Shown in pieces: positions 60,867 through 64,000 of a stretch of DNA of 64,000 nucleotides (its first letter is position 1; each line of letters starts with the position of its first letter). Source of the stretch: Mustelus asterias (Eukaryota); the NCBI RefSeq assembly GCF_964213995.1, contig NC_135815.1, forward strand, positions 57,350,001 through 57,414,000, read 5' to 3'. A program made the translations under genes and the position numbers. The notes beneath the pieces are model-generated. The model saw nothing but the letters and a program-made list of their open reading frames with translations. It made no database searches and had not been told where the DNA came from.

Positions 60867-63784
60867 CTATTAATTAAGATATAGCCATTTCCCTTCACTT
60901 TCTTGTATCACTGTCCATCCATATCCCCCTTTACCCTTCCTACTCCATTTCTTCTGTGTCTGCCCCAGTAAAGAGCTCTCTCCAAATTCACTCATAATGA
61001 CACATTCATATTCACATGTAGTTACGATCCGGTTAGAGACCATTAGCATCAAAAAATAATTCTGAATATCAGGCAATCAACCAGCAGAGCTAAGCCCCAA
61101 GATTTTGTGTTTTTAAACAAAAGAACTTTATTGTATATAAAGAAATTAAACAAAGAAAGCACCACTAACTTAACACTATAACTTATAAAGACTTGTGCTA
61201 TCAACTCAGTTCCATCTGTTCCTTTCCCTCAAGAGTTCCCTTATCTTAAGAAATCATGATGGTTCATTCACCTGCACTGGCACCACCCAAAAGATATGCC
61301 ACAGTCTTCTGGAATTCACTTTAATTCTCCTCTGTGTTCTCAGCTTTCCTTCAAGTTAAGATTATATGGGAGCCATTCCACTCGCCTTTTTGGCTATGTA
61401 ATCATCCACCTTTACTTTACAGAGCTCACAACTGTGGATGCTCCCACTCCATGTTTTGGGTGCTGGCAGGTACTCAATTGCCTTCCCACACTACGTTCGG
61501 CCATAAGGTCCTGTAAGAACCACTATAGATCTTGTCCATGAGTTATAAGCCACAGAAAATTCTTCAGCTGCCTTTTCCTCACAAAATCCAAAAGAGATAG
61601 AGCCACACTCCACTTCTAAACAATGAACAATGAGTTAATTATTTTCTTTGCTTGAAGTTTTGGCCTAACTGACTAAGATTATTTCATTTGGCTTTCCCAA
61701 CTCAGTGGTCTGTTCTGAAGTCTGCATGACAACAATCCTGGGTGGTTTGATTGTTTGAGATTAAAGGGAGGCCTGATTGTTTCAGTGGGAAGAAGGCACA
61801 AGGTGTTCATATTGGGAGACAATGGCAACATCCTGTATGCCAATAGTCATCTCCAAAAACTCTGAAAACTGTTGAGAATGTTGAGTTGTAAAAAGATCTG
61901 CTTTGAAGTATCCATTTAATTGCAAGATAAAAGATAGTTGGGGTCTCAAGGTAGCCAATCAGCATTTTACCTGGATAAAAGGCCCATGTGATTCACAATG
62001 CCATGGACATTGGCATTGAGAGGGGATGGATCCAATATACTGCTGAAAATCCAGAGACAAGGTTTGTCTGCAAGAATCTAAGAGAGGGAGGTGCTATCGT
62101 CAGCAAAATGCTGTGGCTCATTACGCAGGAATGCAGGTGGGAGCTTACACTTGGGTTGAAAACATCAAATTCACAAGGAGTTAAAGAGAAGCAGGAAGAC
62201 TTGTCTAGCTTGCATTAAAGGAAAAACCTTCAGGGAATAATGGCACTTTGAAAGATAGTTCTGAAATTAAAAATTTCCAGGCTGAGAAAGGAAAGGAATG
62301 GAAGTAAACCTTGGACTGGTTCCACAAGAACTGAAAGTTTACTTAAAGGACAGTGTAATATATATCTGTGCAGTGTGTTTTCAGCTGCACTAATGGAAAA
62401 AGAGGAATGTCCTGCTTTGTGGTTTAAAGTATAAGTTAAAAAGTGGTCTTTAGTCAATAGTGATTTAGCCTTTTGTTACAGTAAAAGTCTTAAAAAGTGA
62501 AATTTCTACTGTGTCATCCTTTCAGATGCAGGTTTGAATTGTCTTTTAAAAGTTATAGCAATTATAACAATATGGTGGGTAACTGGCTTACCTATTCACT
62601 GCCATATACGACTCACCAAATAAAGCATTATCAGGTCTTGCTCCTTTTTGACAATAAGGCTCACCATTTCAGAATTATCACGGAATGCAGCCATTCGGCA
62701 TCGGTGTAAAGGCCAGCATGGCCAGAAACATCATGAGAGCACCCACTGGGGTAAATTATCCGGTCCCATCCACCGCAGGAATCGTCATGGGCAGGATGGT
62801 CAATTTGACGGACCATTTCAGGGTCTGTTGGCCTTGGGTGGGAATCCAGCCTTCGGGTGGATGTGACCAGAATATGCTGCCCACTGTCTTTAATTTTACA
62901 GGAGCCTGGTGGTGGTCAATTAAAATGTTGCCTCCTGAAGATTGCCATGCCCGCTTTGCTGCTGGCAATTGGGGACTCTCAATTCTCATTTGGTCCTGAC
63001 ATCAGGATCCCAAAGCTGGTAGGAATGTTTAGCCCTGTGATAAGGCAGAGCTAGAAATGCGTCAATCCATCATTGAGCCTAACGTGGAGCTGAATTGCAG
63101 GGATTGTGAGTCTTCTGCACTTGCTCTTCACCACTCGGATTTTTTAACAACGTTACTCACAACCAGTTGTTGTTATTGTTGATTGGTGTCACTCTGTCTC
63201 TCTTGCACCAGTACAGATGCAGTGCTTGACCCTATTACTTAACTGTAAAATCTCTCCCCTCGGTCTCCACCAGAGAAGCTGGCTGTCTTTTCTCTGTTTG
63301 TGTCCAGAGTTTTCTGAGCCTGTTTCAGGTTTGCAACTGCCCACCCCCCAAGCACCACCCCCACAGATCAACCCCCCCCCCCCCGCAGAGTTCCCCCCTT
63401 CCCCCCCCCTCTATGGAGCACCCCCACCCCACCGCCCCTGTCAGGCTCCACCCTCTCAGGCTCTGCCCCTTCAGACCCTGGCCCCTTGGCACTGCCAGGG
63501 TGCCTAGGGGTCACTGCTAGGCTGCCAGTGCCAGGCTGCTCCATGGACACTGCCCAGCCCTGCCCCCAACCACCCAGGGGGCTTCAATGGCCTCCAGTCC
63601 CATTGGCAAGGTCATCACATCTGGACCTCATTGGTGGGGCTGTGATGCTCGCCGCTGAGGACCTCGACCGACGAGGGGCCTAAGGTAAGTGAGCTTGGAC
63701 GGAAGCATCCAGGGCTCGTTAATGACATGTTAATCACGTCATTAATATTAAGGGCACGGACCCAATTTCTCACCTCTCACCTTA

Positions 63785-64000
63785 TCTTATTAGACTAGAC
63801 AGGATTGAGGTTCATAAGGAGGAGGTGTTAGCAATTCTGGAAAGTGTGAAAATAGATAAGTCCCCTGGGCTGGATGGGATCTATCCTAGGATTCTCTGGG
63901 AAGCTAGGGAGGAGATTGCAGAGCCTTTGGCTTTGATCTTTGTGTCGTCATTGTCTACAGGAATAGTGCCAGAAGACTGGAGGATAGCAAATGTTGTCCC
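63785..64000 (+). mobile_element. Start of a 5'-truncated CR1 LINE running off the window
   Basis: Reads EVHKEEVLAILESVKIDKSPGLDGIYPRILWEAREEIA...VPEDWRIANVV, homologous to 2990-3180. Confidence 0.92.

Overview
Repeat-dense eukaryotic genomic DNA, almost certainly from a shark or ray: it carries HE1-like V-SINEs, CR1/HER1-type LINEs, Penelope elements and Harbinger MITEs. Most ORFs in the supplied track are transposon fragments or chance ORFs. The window appears to lie mostly inside one large minus-strand host gene. I found four frame-compatible GT-AG coding exons (58812-58970, 48727-48865, 46291-46382, 20366-20461) encoding a partly coiled-coil protein I cannot name. Other content: a decayed Gypsy LTR retrotransposon (about 940-7182) with a composite insertion, a decayed PIF/Harbinger autonomous element plus MITEs, Penelope insertions with 11-14 bp TSDs, fold-back ends and minimal hammerhead ribozymes, about 12 V-SINEs with two alternative tails, and fragments of CR1, L2, Tx1, Rex/Babar-like and RTE-X-like LINEs. 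The most notable observations are two independent CR1 insertions whose 5' junctions carry a copy of DNA from about 1 kb upstream, and hammerhead cores lying in sense within the host introns. Repeat boundaries were read by eye and are approximate unless a TSD is quoted.
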